64,000 bases of DNA from an uncultured Poribacteria bacterium (GTDB lineage Bacteria; Poribacteria; WGA-4E; WGA-3G). Position 1 is the stretch's first letter; each line of letters opens with the position of its first letter. The notes under the pieces were generated by a model. It was not told the origin of the DNA. It searched no databases and saw only the letters and a list, made by a program, of their open reading frames with translations. Position numbers and translations under genes: made by a program. Positions 46,900 through 58,600 of the stretch are shown in pieces. The stretch covers positions 4,608,001 through 4,672,000 of the forward strand of contig CATQHZ020000001.1 in NCBI GenBank assembly GCA_958296135.2. Direction: 5' to 3'.

Positions 46900-49392
46900 G
46901 TGAAAATTGCATGGGATACTCAAAACGTCCCCTTGGAGCGTAGCACGAGGGAAACCTGTCCCTCGCGAGGTTTCCCTTGGATGCTAGTGATATTGCTGCT
47001 TGCGGCACAGCTCCCAGGCGACGTGTTCGCTGAAACGGAAACAGATGCCGCACACCGTAGCGCAACCGCTGTCAGAATTGACAGCGCGCCGCCCCAACTT
47101 GACGGCGTTTTAGACGACGACATCTGGAAAACCGCACCGCTGCACGAGGGCTTCCATCAACGCGACCCGGACGAAGGCAACCCCGCAACAGAACGCACGA
47201 CGTTCCAAATCGCCTACGATGACGAGGCAATATACTTCGCTGTCATGTGCTACGATAAGGAACCGGATAAAATTTTCTCCCGGCTTGTCAGGCGTGACGA
47301 TTACGTCACATCGGATAGACTTGATGTAATTCTGGATCCGCACTACAGCCGACAAAATGCGTTCTGGTTTACCGTCTATCCTTCCGGCTCCGTGACAGAT
47401 GGAGTTATTTCCAGCAGCGGTTGGTGGGATAATACCTGGAACGGCGTGTGGGATGTCAAAACGAAAATTCACACAAATGGATGGGCAGCAGAATATAAGA
47501 TTCCATATCATGTGCTACGGTTTGCACCAAAAGAGAAATACGTCTGGGGACTCCAGGTAACCCGAAATATCAGCCGAAAAAAAGAATACATCCTGTGGCG
47601 TTTCATTAAAAAAGATGAACCCGGCTGGGTGTCACGCTTCGGCGACTTGACCGGCATTGAGGACATTCATCCACCGCACCATTTGGAATTCATTCCCTAC
47701 GCGATGGGCCGGACAACGCGCAATAGCAACACCGACTTGTGGGGAAACGCTGGCACCGATGTCCAATACGGCATCACCTCCGGCATCACCCTCAACGCCA
47801 CCGTCAACCCCGATTTTGGACAGGTGGAGGCAGACCCGGCCCGCCTCAATCTCTCCGCTTATGAGGAGTATTTTGAAGAACGCCGCCCCTTCTTTGTGCA
47901 AGGGGCATCCATTTTTGGCATCAACGATTATAGCTTCTTCTATTCCCGGCGCATCGGACGGCAGCCCGGACATTTTGACATCCCCGACAGCGCAGAGGAA
48001 CTGAGCCGGCCCGAAGCGACAACCATCCTCGGTGCCGCCAAGATTGTCGGCAGAACGCACGGTAAAACCTCTTTCGGCATCATGGAGGCAGTAACTTCCC
48101 CCGAATACGCACAAATTCGGGAAGGCGGCAGCACCCGCGAGCATCTGATTGAGCCGTTGACGAACTATTTCGTCGGCAGACTCACGCAAGATGTGCTGGA
48201 AGGCAATTCCCGCATCGGCGTTATCACGACGGCTGTCAATCGGCAAGCCTCGCATCCCGCTTACGCCGGTGGGGCCGACTGGGATCTGAAGTTCGCCAAA
48301 GAACGCTACCAGATAAGCGGAATTGTCGCCGCAAGTCACGCAGGTGAAGAGGATAACCGCAAATCCGGCTACCTCGCGCACCTTGAATTTGACAAGCGCG
48401 GCGGATGGCTCAGACTGGATACCAATTTTAGAGCCTTCTCGCCCGACTTAGAGATAAATGACCTCGGCTACCGGCGGCGCGCGGATATGCTCGAGTGGAA
48501 TTACGACTTCACCGCCCGGAAAGAGAAACCCTTTAGCATCTTCCGGCGCGTCATCTTCGGGCTCTACGGGTGGCGCACATGGAATTATGACGGCGTGAAC
48601 ATCAGCAGTTACTCGGAGATCTGGACAGATGGCCGCCTGAAAAATTATTGGGACTATGAGCTCTGGGTAGGCAGAAACCTCACATCGTTCAGCGATGATG
48701 ATGTCCGACGCGGCGGAACGCTCATTAAAAATCCGCCGGGTTGGTGGATATTCACGCGCCTCGCTACCGATAGCCGTAAAATGGTTCGGCTCGATGTGAA
48801 TCCGGTTTTCTCATGGGATGACGATGGACGTTCGTATGACTACGATATACGACTCAGGCTGCGCATTCGCATCGCATCCAACATTGAGGTGAGCCTGGGC
48901 CCAGCCTACAATTATGCAATGAAGGACGCGCAATGGATAGACATGGTTGAAGAAACGAATCACGGGCAAACAACGAAACACTATGTCTACGGCGAGTTGG
49001 AAAGTCGCACGCTTGACTTCACAACGCGCGCGAATATTAGTTTCACGCCAACGCTCAGCCTGCAGTTTTACGTGCAACCCTTCGTCACTATCGGCGGCTA
49101 TATGAAATTCAAGGAGTTAGTTGAACCGATGTCTTACGCCTTCAAGCCTTATGAATTGAAGGAGAACCGAGATTTCCATCGGCGTTCGCTGCGCGGCAAC
49201 ACCGTGCTACGGTGGGAATTCCAGCCGGGGAGCACGCTGTTTCTCGTCTGGACGCAATCGCGCGAGGCCACGTTAGAACAGTTGGACGCGGCAGACCTGG
49301 ATTTTCGCCCAATCCACCGACTGCGCAGCACCTTCACCGATGAGGGAAAAAATGTCTTCCTCATCAAATGCCGATATTGGTTTGGGATTTAG
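46900..49392 (+). CDS. CBM9-like + DUF5916 outer-membrane protein
   Basis: PQLDGVLDDDIW, YDDEAIY, ATVNPDFGQVEAD, ERRPFF, FYSRRIG, LRWEFQPGS. Start uncertain (GTG 46900). Confidence 0.85.
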   Translation: MKIAWDTQNVPLERSTRETCPSRGFPWMLVILLLAAQLPGDVFAETETDAAHRSATAVRIDSAPPQLDGVLDDDIWKTAPLHEGFHQRDPDEGNPATERTTFQIAYDDEAIYFAVMCYDKEPDKIFSRLVRRDDYVTSDRLDVILDPHYSRQNAFWFTVYPSGSVTDGVISSSGWWDNTWNGVWDVKTKIHTNGWAAEYKIPYHVLRFAPKEKYVWGLQVTRNISRKKEYILWRFIKKDEPGWVSRFGDLTGIEDIHPPHHLEFIPYAMGRTTRNSNTDLWGNAGTDVQYGITSGITLNATVNPDFGQVEADPARLNLSAYEEYFEERRPFFVQGASIFGINDYSFFYSRRIGRQPGHFDIPDSAEELSRPEATTILGAAKIVGRTHGKTSFGIMEAVTSPEYAQIREGGSTREHLIEPLTNYFVGRLTQDVLEGNSRIGVITTAVNRQASHPAYAGGADWDLKFAKERYQISGIVAASHAGEEDNRKSGYLAHLEFDKRGGWLRLDTNFRAFSPDLEINDLGYRRRADMLEWNYDFTARKEKPFSIFRRVIFGLYGWRTWNYDGVNISSYSEIWTDGRLKNYWDYELWVGRNLTSFSDDDVRRGGTLIKNPPGWWIFTRLATDSRKMVRLDVNPVFSWDDDGRSYDYDIRLRLRIRIASNIEVSLGPAYNYAMKDAQWIDMVEETNHGQTTKHYVYGELESRTLDFTTRANISFTPTLSLQFYVQPFVTIGGYMKFKELVEPMSYAFKPYELKENRDFHRRSLRGNTVLRWEFQPGSTLFLVWTQSREATLEQLDAADLDFRPIHRLRSTFTDEGKNVFLIKCRYWFGI

Positions 49393-49465
49393 GGCTCGGT
49401 GCAGTGGCGAGAACTCTATGAGAATCTAGGATAACCTACCCTAATCTATCGATGTGCATTTTGAC

Positions 49466-49494
49466 TTGCATTCCGCTTGGATTTGTGGTATAAT
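49466..49494 (+). promoter_or_regulatory. sigma70 promoter inside the IS left end
   Basis: TTGCAT-N17-TATAAT with TG extension. Confidence 0.75.
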
Positions 49495-49497
49495 ATA

Positions 49498-49597
49498 GTT
49501 ACCGTTGGGAGGTGAGACCTACTAAGCGCGGCATCCCGCCGTGTCTCTCACCTCCACCTTACCTTAGTAGGAAGGAAAAACAACGGCGAACGGTGAC
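49498..49597 (+). ncRNA. Candidate pseudoknotted leader RNA upstream of tnpB
   Basis: Perfect stems 49508-49517/49546-49555 and 49518-49526/49563-49571 cross each other; closing stem 49498-49506/49589-49597. Confidence 0.55.
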
Positions 49598-49602
49598 GCT
49601 CT

Positions 49603-50817
49603 ATGACATTGAAAACGCATTTAATGGCGTTGGACCCGAATAATAAGCAGGCGACGCTGCTTGCAAAGCACTGCGGCTATGCCCGCGTTGCCCGTAACCA
49701 TGCGCTCTCGGAATTCAAGGCAGGACTCGACCGCGATGAATTCCTATCCGATATGGACTTGCGCAAAAGATTCAACGCCGTGAAAGACGAACGCTACCCG
49801 TGGTGCCGCGAGCTCAGTCAAAATGCATCGAAGAATGGGATTTGCACTCTCGGTGATGCAGTGAAACGCTGGGTCTCTAAACAGAACCGTTTCCCGCGCT
49901 ATAAGCACCGATCTGGTAGGATTTCCTACCAAGCTGACAATGGCGCAGGCACGGTGAAGGTAGAGAAAAAGCGTGTCAACCTCCCGAAGATTGGCTGGGT
50001 TCGGATGCGCGAGAAGTTACGATGGCGTGGCGAGATTCGTCGGTGTGTTGTCTCAAAGCGTGCGGGCAGGTGGTTTCTATCGGTTCTCGTGAAGGTGGTT
50101 TCCGACAGTGCGCCACGTGTGTGTTCTCAGCGCGGTCCTGTGCGTGTGGTTGGTGTCGATGTTGGCATCAAGACACTTGCTGTGACATCCGATGGTGTTG
50201 AGTTTGAAAACCCAAAGGCACTTTACCGATACCTGCGGAAGTTGCGGCGTGCGCAGCGTCAACTCTCTCGTTCGGTTTACCGAAGCAGGAATTGGTATCG
50301 GAAGCAGGTGCGCGTTCAGAAGAGTCACTATCGTATCTGCTGTCTCCGTGAGGATGCCCATCACAAGGCAAGCACGGCGATTGTAAAGGCGGCTGACGTT
50401 CTCGGCATCGAGCGTCTACGCGTGGCAGGCTTGTTGAAAAACCGCCGTCTTGCGAAGGCGTTGAGCGATGCGTCATTGAGCGGTTTCTTGACGATGCTTC
50501 GGTATAAAGCAGCGGTACACGGCGTTGAGATTATCGAAGCACCGTTGAACTTCCCGTCATCGAAGACGTGCAGTGCTTGCGGGAATAAGAAGACGAAGTT
50601 GTCCCTCTCGGAGCGGACATATCACTGCGAGGCATGTGGCGTGGGTATCGACCGCGACTTGAATGCCGCGCATAATTTAAGAACCCTGTCCGCGAGCTTG
50701 ACGGAGAGGGAAAACGGCTGCGGAGCGACTATAAGCCCTCAGAGTAGGCACACCTCGTGTGTCTCGGAGGCAAGCCGCATTGAAACAGCAACTACGACAG
50801 ATAAGAGGACAGGTTAG
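49603..50817 (+). CDS. tnpB: RNA-guided endonuclease TnpB (IS607/IS605 OrfB)
   Basis: ALDPNNKQAT N-terminus, RuvC residues GVDVG / IERL / DRDLNAA, Zn finger CSAC..CEAC. Confidence 0.95.
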   Translation: MTLKTHLMALDPNNKQATLLAKHCGYARVARNHALSEFKAGLDRDEFLSDMDLRKRFNAVKDERYPWCRELSQNASKNGICTLGDAVKRWVSKQNRFPRYKHRSGRISYQADNGAGTVKVEKKRVNLPKIGWVRMREKLRWRGEIRRCVVSKRAGRWFLSVLVKVVSDSAPRVCSQRGPVRVVGVDVGIKTLAVTSDGVEFENPKALYRYLRKLRRAQRQLSRSVYRSRNWYRKQVRVQKSHYRICCLREDAHHKASTAIVKAADVLGIERLRVAGLLKNRRLAKALSDASLSGFLTMLRYKAAVHGVEIIEAPLNFPSSKTCSACGNKKTKLSLSERTYHCEACGVGIDRDLNAAHNLRTLSASLTERENGCGATISPQSRHTSCVSEASRIETATTTDKRTG

Positions 50818-51209
50818 ATTAGAATAGATTTGTCCAGATTATCATAAGTTCTAGGGAGCGGTTTTTCTAGTTGAGCATAGAACAAAACAACTAATGCCTT
50901 TAAAACCCCCTTTAGGGGTGCAATATTTATAGTGTTTCAGAATGACACTTTGCGAACGTGGGCATAACAAAAATGCAGGACTTGACAATGTCAAGACGGC
51001 CTGGTAAGATTACGTCAGCATTACGTAGGGCGAGGGAAAACCCGGCGCGCGCGAATCGCCGAGGGTTCCCCTCGCCATGCCAAATAACTCCGTGATACCG
51101 TAGCGCGAGGGCCGTTACGCCGAAACTTTGTCATCTCTGCAGCCTCGCTGCAGAGATATCCACTGTCCCTCGCCAAGTTTCCAAACCACCGATAGGAAAT
51201 ACAAAAAAT

Positions 51210-52211
51210 ATGAAAGCAATCATCAAAACAGGCGATGGCGGCCCCGAAGTCCTGCAACTCGGCGACGCGCCAACGCCGCAGCCAACAGCAAACCAACTCC
51301 TCGTTGATGTCCACGTCACCGCGCTGAACCGCGCTGACACGATTCAACGGCGTGGCGGCTACCCGCCGCCACCCGGTGAATCCGAGATACTCGGTTTAGA
51401 AATTGCCGGCACTGTGTCCGACATGGGCAGTGCAGTCACCGGATGGCAGGAAGGCGACAGGGTTTTCGGGCTCATCGGCGGTGGAGGATATGCCGAGCAA
51501 GCTGTCATCGATTATCGTATGGCGATGCGTATGCCAGACGGCTGGAGTTTTGAAAAAGCCGCCGCTGTCCCCGAAGTCTTTTTCACCGCCAACGAGAACA
51601 TCTTCACCCTCGGTAGGCTATCTGCTGGGGAGACGATACTTATCCATGCTGGGGGCAGTGGTGTCGGCAGTGCAGGCGTGCAAATCGCACATCGTGCGGG
51701 CGCGCAGGTCTTCGTCACCGCAGGCACGGCGGCAAAGACCGCGGGGTGCGAAAAACTCGGTGCCACGGCGGGCATCAATTACAAAAACGCCGATTTCGTC
51801 GCCGAAATCCAGCGGTTGACAGCTGGCGAAGGTGTTGATGTCGTGCTAGACTTTATCGGCGCGCCTTATCTCGCACGCAACCTCTCTATCCTCAAAACGT
51901 GGGGGAGACTCCTGCAGGTAGGACTCATCGGCGGTTCAACGACAGAAATCGACTTAGGCACGGTGATGCGCAATCGTCTCAAAATCATCGGTTCGGTGAT
52001 GCGCCCACAAACGCTGACGGAGAAAATCGGTATCACGCGTCGGTTTGTCGAACGGTGGTTACCGGAATTGGAGGCCGGCACGCTGCAACCCGTGATTGAC
52101 ACTGTGTTCCCGCTGGCACAAGCACGTGAGGCACATGCATATATGGAGGCAAATCGCAATTTTGGCAAAATTCTTTTGAAAGTCCGCTCCGAAACGAATG
52201 CACCCCGGTAG
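51210..52211 (+). CDS. NAD(P)H-quinone oxidoreductase, PIG3 family
   Basis: ALNRADTIQRRGGYPPPPG, LGLE, IHAGGSGVG, GKILL. Confidence 0.92.
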   Translation: MKAIIKTGDGGPEVLQLGDAPTPQPTANQLLVDVHVTALNRADTIQRRGGYPPPPGESEILGLEIAGTVSDMGSAVTGWQEGDRVFGLIGGGGYAEQAVIDYRMAMRMPDGWSFEKAAAVPEVFFTANENIFTLGRLSAGETILIHAGGSGVGSAGVQIAHRAGAQVFVTAGTAAKTAGCEKLGATAGINYKNADFVAEIQRLTAGEGVDVVLDFIGAPYLARNLSILKTWGRLLQVGLIGGSTTEIDLGTVMRNRLKIIGSVMRPQTLTEKIGITRRFVERWLPELEAGTLQPVIDTVFPLAQAREAHAYMEANRNFGKILLKVRSETNAPR

Positions 52212-52656
52212 GCGCGGTTTCAAACAGCACCTACGGGAATGGCAAAATGGTTATTGAGATAATACCAAATTCATCACTGGAATTCGGCATCGCATGAAGA
52301 TTCAGTAAATAATCGGTTAATTCCGGCCGACAGGCGGATAGAGAAATCCGCCCTTACAGGCAGGTGCGATGGGCGCGTAGACATTGCAGGCGGCCCGGGA
52401 AAATTGCCCGATTTCATTCTGAAACTTCATCTGAGCCCGAACAGGCCAGATCCGGCGAATCTCCACCGTTACGCCTACATCACGCTTGATGGCGTGGTTT
52501 CCCCGCCTCACGCTATCGCACCGATGCCAGAGACGAGAGCAATCAACTTCATTTGGTATAAGGGGATGTTGTCTTCACAGTCACAGTTGAACCACCGCTA
52601 GGAACATCAAAAAATAAAGATTGAAGAATCTTTGGAGAAAAAGAAACTTATTGGGT

Positions 52657-55600
52657 ATGAAAAACATTTTTGTCTCCCTCTGTCTCATCCTTTTGTCAAT
52701 AAGCATCCCGAGGTCTGGGCAGGCACGCGTCACGCAAGTCACGACAACCGAAGGCATCACCCTGAATTTCGCCTTGCCTGAACTCGCGCAGGAAGATGTG
52801 ACATTCGGCAGTATCACTTACCAACAAGCGCAGTACGCGGATTGCGGTTTCATGACAGAACCGGGCAATCCCAAGGTGCCAGTCACGCGCGTGATGCTCG
52901 GTGTGCCACTCGACGTTGCAATCGTGGTGGGTAACGTGTCCGCATCGCCCGCGCGCACGGTTACTGGGGTGCGGCTCCCTCCCGTGCCCGTTCGCGGCGT
53001 GTGGCAGGAGACCGGGGGTGCTTACAGACAGCGTGAACCCTATCCCGCGTCGCCGCTTGCCCGCATTGTGCAGGATGGCATGCTTCGCAGTCAGCGCGTC
53101 GTCATCGTGGAACTCACACCGGTGCAGTATCTCCCACAAGCCCGGCAGCTGCGGACATATTCACAACTCACGGTGCATCTCCGTTTTCAAAGCCAGCCAA
53201 AAACGCAGCAGACAACAACGGCGTATCCAGACCTGGGAAGCAACCGTCACATCCCCGGACAACCTTTACCGAACGCATTGCACCAGACGAAAGAATCTGA
53301 GGCGTATGAACGCGCGTTGGCTCGACAACTGCTGAATGCCCGCGCCGCCGTTCCGTTTCGCGCGCCGCGGATGCAGGGACGGGCGGCAGCACCAGCAGGC
53401 ACCTCGGCTCTTCCCACCCGGCTCCGCTATAAACTCTCCATTGCCGATACGGGTGTCTATGGGTTAACCGGTGAGACGCTGCTGAGCACCTTCGGCATTG
53501 AACTCATCGGAGCAGACCCGGGCACGTTTCAGCTGTGGCACGGTACTCGCGAGGTGCCGCTTTTCATCAGCGGCGCGAGCGACGGTAGGTTCGACGCAGG
53601 CGATGCGCTCTTTTTCCTGGGAAAGCAGACGAAAAATCCCTACACGCCTTGGAACGTTTATTGGCTCACCGTCGAGCCGCGTGGGAAGCAGGCGCGCGTG
53701 CCACTCCGCAACGCCAGCCCCGGCGATGCCACCGCCACGCAAGTCCCCACTTTTCGCTCCACCGTTACCTTTGAGGAAGACAAACTGACGAGCAACCTAG
53801 AGTTTCTCAAGCCAGATGCAGTGACAGACGGCGATAAGCACGCGTGGTTCGATTCCCTCGACTTCTGGTATTGGGACGGTATCAAAAACGGCAGCGATAC
53901 CGGCGAGATGCGCCTTGAATTCCCACTCTACGATGTGGCGAAGAGCTTCGAGCCGCCCCACATTCGCGTCGATTTACAAGGCGGCACACCTGTCAACCAC
54001 GAGATTCTCGTCGCGATTAACGGCGTGCGCATCGACTTCGCCAAATGGGAACAGCAAGACACCCTCACCGTCCAGCGCACGCTCCGCGCATGGGACACCT
54101 TCAAAGACCAGGGCACCGGCACCCACAACGTCCTCTCCCTCGCCCGTGTCGACGATACGTTTGAAGAAGACACGAGACGCTACCCTTATCACGTCTACGT
54201 CAATCGGTTTGTAGTAGAATACACCCGCCTTTTCCACGCCGTTTATGACGAACTCACCTTTTCATCTAAAGGCGTTTCCGAGGAGAACGATGCGCGCACC
54301 GGCAGGAAATTGCAGTATAAAATCCAAAATTTTCGCCACCCGAGCGTGCATATCTTTGAGACAGACGGAGTGCATCTCACGGCGAAGATGGGCGGCGTGG
54401 CCATAGAAGCCACACCCCTCCGCGGCCAGGCACGTCAACGATGGAACAACATTTATCAAGAGACGCACAACGAACGTCTCGCGCCAATACAGAAAACTTA
54501 CACCGCCACCTTTCAGGTGCCCGATACGCCGCAACGTCAGTTCATCGCCATCTCCGAAGACGCGTTACGTCTCCCCACGCGGATAGAAATAGTGCAACCG
54601 AGCAACTTACTGTCCACCGCACACGGTGCCGATTACATTGTCGTCGCGCATGCTACCTTCCAACAGACTGCCCAAAGACTCGCAGACTGGCGCGCGCAAC
54701 CGGCAGGCGGCGGCTACCGAACCAAAGTCGTCACCACCGACGACATTTACAATACCTTCGGCGACGGCAGCGTGCATCCAAAGGCGATAAAAGCGTTCCT
54801 TACGCACGCCTATCACCACTGGACACCGCCCGCGCCAACCTACGTCGTCCTCCTTGGGGATGGAACGTTCGATTTCCGCGGCATCAATACCGAACTCTAT
54901 CCCGAACCGCCGGAACAGATGGGCTACATCCCGACGCACTACATCCACACGGATGCATTCGGGCGAACCGCGGCAGACCACTGGTATGCCACCCTCTCCG
55001 GCCACGATGAATTCACCGATGTTTACCTCGGCCGGATGACTGTGGAAAACACCCGTGAGGCAGATGCCGTTGTCGACAAAATCATCGCCTACGAGCAACG
55101 TCGGCCGAACGGGGCCTGGCGCCGGCGCATCATCTCTGTCGCCGACGATGAAGTCAGCAACTCCGGTGACTTTATCTTCAAAAAGAGCCTCAATGAAATC
55201 GCCAAAAACCACACGCTCCTCGGCTACCAAACCGTAGAGGTGTTTCTAGAAGATGTCATCGACGAGGTAGAGGCACGGCCGGCAGAATTCCCCAACCTGC
55301 TCCCGCAGCGCGTCGCCAAAAACCGCATCATTGACGCACTCAGCGAAGGGGCCATCATCGCACAATACGCCGGACACGGCGGACGCGTCGTCTGGGCACA
55401 CGAAGCGATTTTTGATAACGTCTCCATTGATAAACTTGACGAGACACCGCATACCCCCTTTATGCTCGTGCTGAGCTGCTATAACGGCTATTTTGATGAG
55501 CCGGGTGAGCCAAGCATGGCAGAGAAACTCCTGCGTAAAGAGCGGGGCGGCATCATCGGCATGCTGAGCGCGACGCGACTCACCTACGCCGGCGGAAACG

Positions 55601-58600
55601 ATGCACTCAACCGCATCATCTTCAACATGATTTTTAAACGGAACGTGCGGCAACTCGGGCCGCTCAGCTTCGATTCCAAAGTGGAACTGCTCCTGACAGA
55701 AGGCACAGGCCAAATCGATGTGATGATGGAATACACCCTCTTCGGCGACCCGGCCTTACAGATTGCGACACCCGCCTATGAAATTCGCCCGAAGATCGAG
55801 ACGAAAACGGTCGCGCCCGGCGACACCCTGCAGGTTGCCCCGGGGACTATCGAAAGCGTGCAGTATGACGCGGCCTCCCAGACGAAACGCTTCGCTCCGC
55901 ATACCGGGTTTGACGGCACGCTCACCGTCACCGCACTCTTCCCCGGCAAGACAGCAATTGGACAAGGAACCGCCGGTCCGGTGGAATACTACCCCGGCGA
56001 TGTGGTTGTCACACAAACGTTGCCGGTTAAAGCCGGTGCCTTCCCCGGCGTGAACATCGCTGTCCCCCGGAACATCGCCGCTGGCGACGCGCACGTGGAA
56101 TACTATGCCGAGAACGCCGAAGCACTCGCGGTTGGCGGCGATGGATTCACCGTCAACGTGCCAAAAATTCTCGACATCGCCCCCGAATTGGTAGATACCG
56201 AAACGTTCCGCGTCTCCGTTCAAGTATCTGATGACGAAACGCAACTCGCCGCTGTTGTTTTGGAATGGCGAAATCCGAAAACGCGGCTGTGGGAAGAGGT
56301 GGCACTCACACCACGGGAAAACGAAGAGGGATGGTGGACAGTGCCAGAGCCGCTCCCTGCGCCGACAGATGGCACGGCCATCCGCTACGAAATTCGGGTG
56401 ACAGATACCGACGACAACACCGTCACGACAGACATTTTGCGCTATTACCCGTATCGCACGCCGAACCTCTCGGTAGTACCCGCGTCCGGTAAAGATGTCG
56501 TGCGGTATGGATACGACAGCGTCACGCAGCAGTGGCACCTCTCCGCCGATGTGCAGTGCGAAGGCGATACGCCGTCCACCCCAATCACCGTCGTTTTCTT
56601 CCGCGGCACCCCGGATAAAGACGAAGATTCGCAAATTGATGCAGACGCAGTGCCACTCGGAACAGCCCGCATTGCCCCATCGGATTGGGTGCAGCGCTCT
56701 CCGCTGGGACGTGGGCTAACCCGCGGCGAAGTCTACTCGGAAGATGTGCTCAATATACATCCGATTGCAACCGCGACGCTTGCCCACGAACTTCCCTTCG
56801 GCACACACGACATCTTTGTCGGTGTTGATAGCACCGCGACAGTTCAAGAGAACGACGAGGAAGACAATATCGGCTATCGCCGGATTCCCGCGGATACAGG
56901 ACTCATCGGGCCGCAGTCGGTGCAGATTCGGAGCCTTGATGGGAACGGCCGCCTCACCGCGCCACCCAACGCCCTTGAAACACCCACAGTCGTCGCATTG
57001 AGGCCCATAAACGATGACAGTGCCGTTAAGCAAGGGCTGTTTATAGGGAGGTTACCGCTCCCCGGCGGTGCCATTGCCTACGATATCGTGACAGAACCAG
57101 CAAATAACACAAAGAACGGAGGCATCGACAACATCGATGACAGCTCTACAGGCAGGGACATGACTGCACGAACAACCGTTATCGAACGCCTTGCGCCAGG
57201 ACAAAAAATGACAATTGACCTGGGGTTAGACATGGCGGCACTCCAGCAACAATTAACCAGAGAACTGTTAGGCGGCGAAGAAGCACCACAGGACGGACAG
57301 GAACTTATGCTCGCGACACATTCTGTAGCGGAAGCCGTCGTCACGCGCGCACGCGAAACGGGTGTCTATCTGTGGCACACAGAACTCGGAAAACACTGGA
57401 CGCGACTTGAATCGGTGCCCCTAACCGATGCATCCGGAAATCTCATCGAACGGATGCAGGTGACAGATGTGTCTGAAACGAATACCGGTGAAGGCGGTGT
57501 GCGCGATGTCCGCATCCACCCCGATGGCGCTCGCGTAGGGAAATGGGTGCTCTTTTTTACCGGACCGCGCACTTATCGCGTGCTGCTAGCACCGACAGAC
57601 AGCAAAGTCCCTGCAGACGAGAGTCCCAGTTCCCTGCAGTTGCCGCCAGTAGAAACAGTTGCGACATCGCGTCCCCTCACCCCCTTTAATCCCGCGTATC
57701 TCAACTTCACAGACGGACTCTCGCTGCACATTGAATCCGATGCCGCAAAGCCGTTCGCCTTCGGCGATACCTTGACGTTCCGCATCACGCAACTAGACGA
57801 CTCAGACGCGGGCGGCCGCGATGCAACGAATCCTACCTCCCGGTGGTACGCCTCCTCCTTCCGGCATAGCAATGAAGGGAGCGGCACGGTGAGCTACATT
57901 CATCTTGAACCCAACGCAACGATAGGAGCAGAACGGTGGGTGCTCTTTTTCGTCTCAGCAAGCAAGTTCCAGATTGAAGGCGAACAACACGGGCTGTTGC
58001 GCGGTGAAGACGGCGCGCCACTCCGAGGCACGAGCGGTGTGCCGTTTGAATCCCCCAATGGGCTCAGCCTCTTACTGACAGAGGGGCAACGTCCCTTTAC
58101 CGCTGGCGATACGTTCCGTTTTGAAACCCGCAGCGTCGCAACGATTCGCGCAACAACAGCGTTCCTCGGTCCCGTGACGCTTTTGCACAGCGACGACACC
58201 GTGCCACCGGATATCCAACTAACTCTCACGTCGCAGCAGCACTTCGTAACAGGCGATGCGACAGATGCAGCACCACTCATCGGCGCGACGTTGACAGACG
58301 CAAGCGGCGTGGATTTCGTGACACGCCCAGTGACGCTGGCACTCGGCGATGCCGCCGGCACATATCAACCGATTGCTACCGATGCATATCAACTGACGCA
58401 TGCACAGGGCTCAAACCAACTCATTTTGACATATCCATCGCCAGCACTGCAGCCGGGCGAATACGCCATTCGGCTGACAGCGAGCGATGTGCATGGAAAC
58501 ACTGCGGATGCGCGCATCGATTTTCATGTCTACGGCACGGTGCAGCTGGTCTCCTTTCTGAACTACCCCAACCCGTTCGCGCGAGAGACAACCCTGTGTT

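Larger units (their letters stand above)
49406..50861 (+). mobile_element. Non-autonomous IS607-type element (tnpB only)
   Basis: GG at both inferred ends (right end GAGCGG); inverted ~40-bp end arrays of AATCTA-like motifs at about 10-nt period; no tnpA. Confidence 0.75.

Noticed and set aside
52230-52620. Possible gene fragment (YITLDGVVSPP, DHFR/RibD-like)
   Set aside because: Match is too short and has no start or RBS; cannot be supported without a search.
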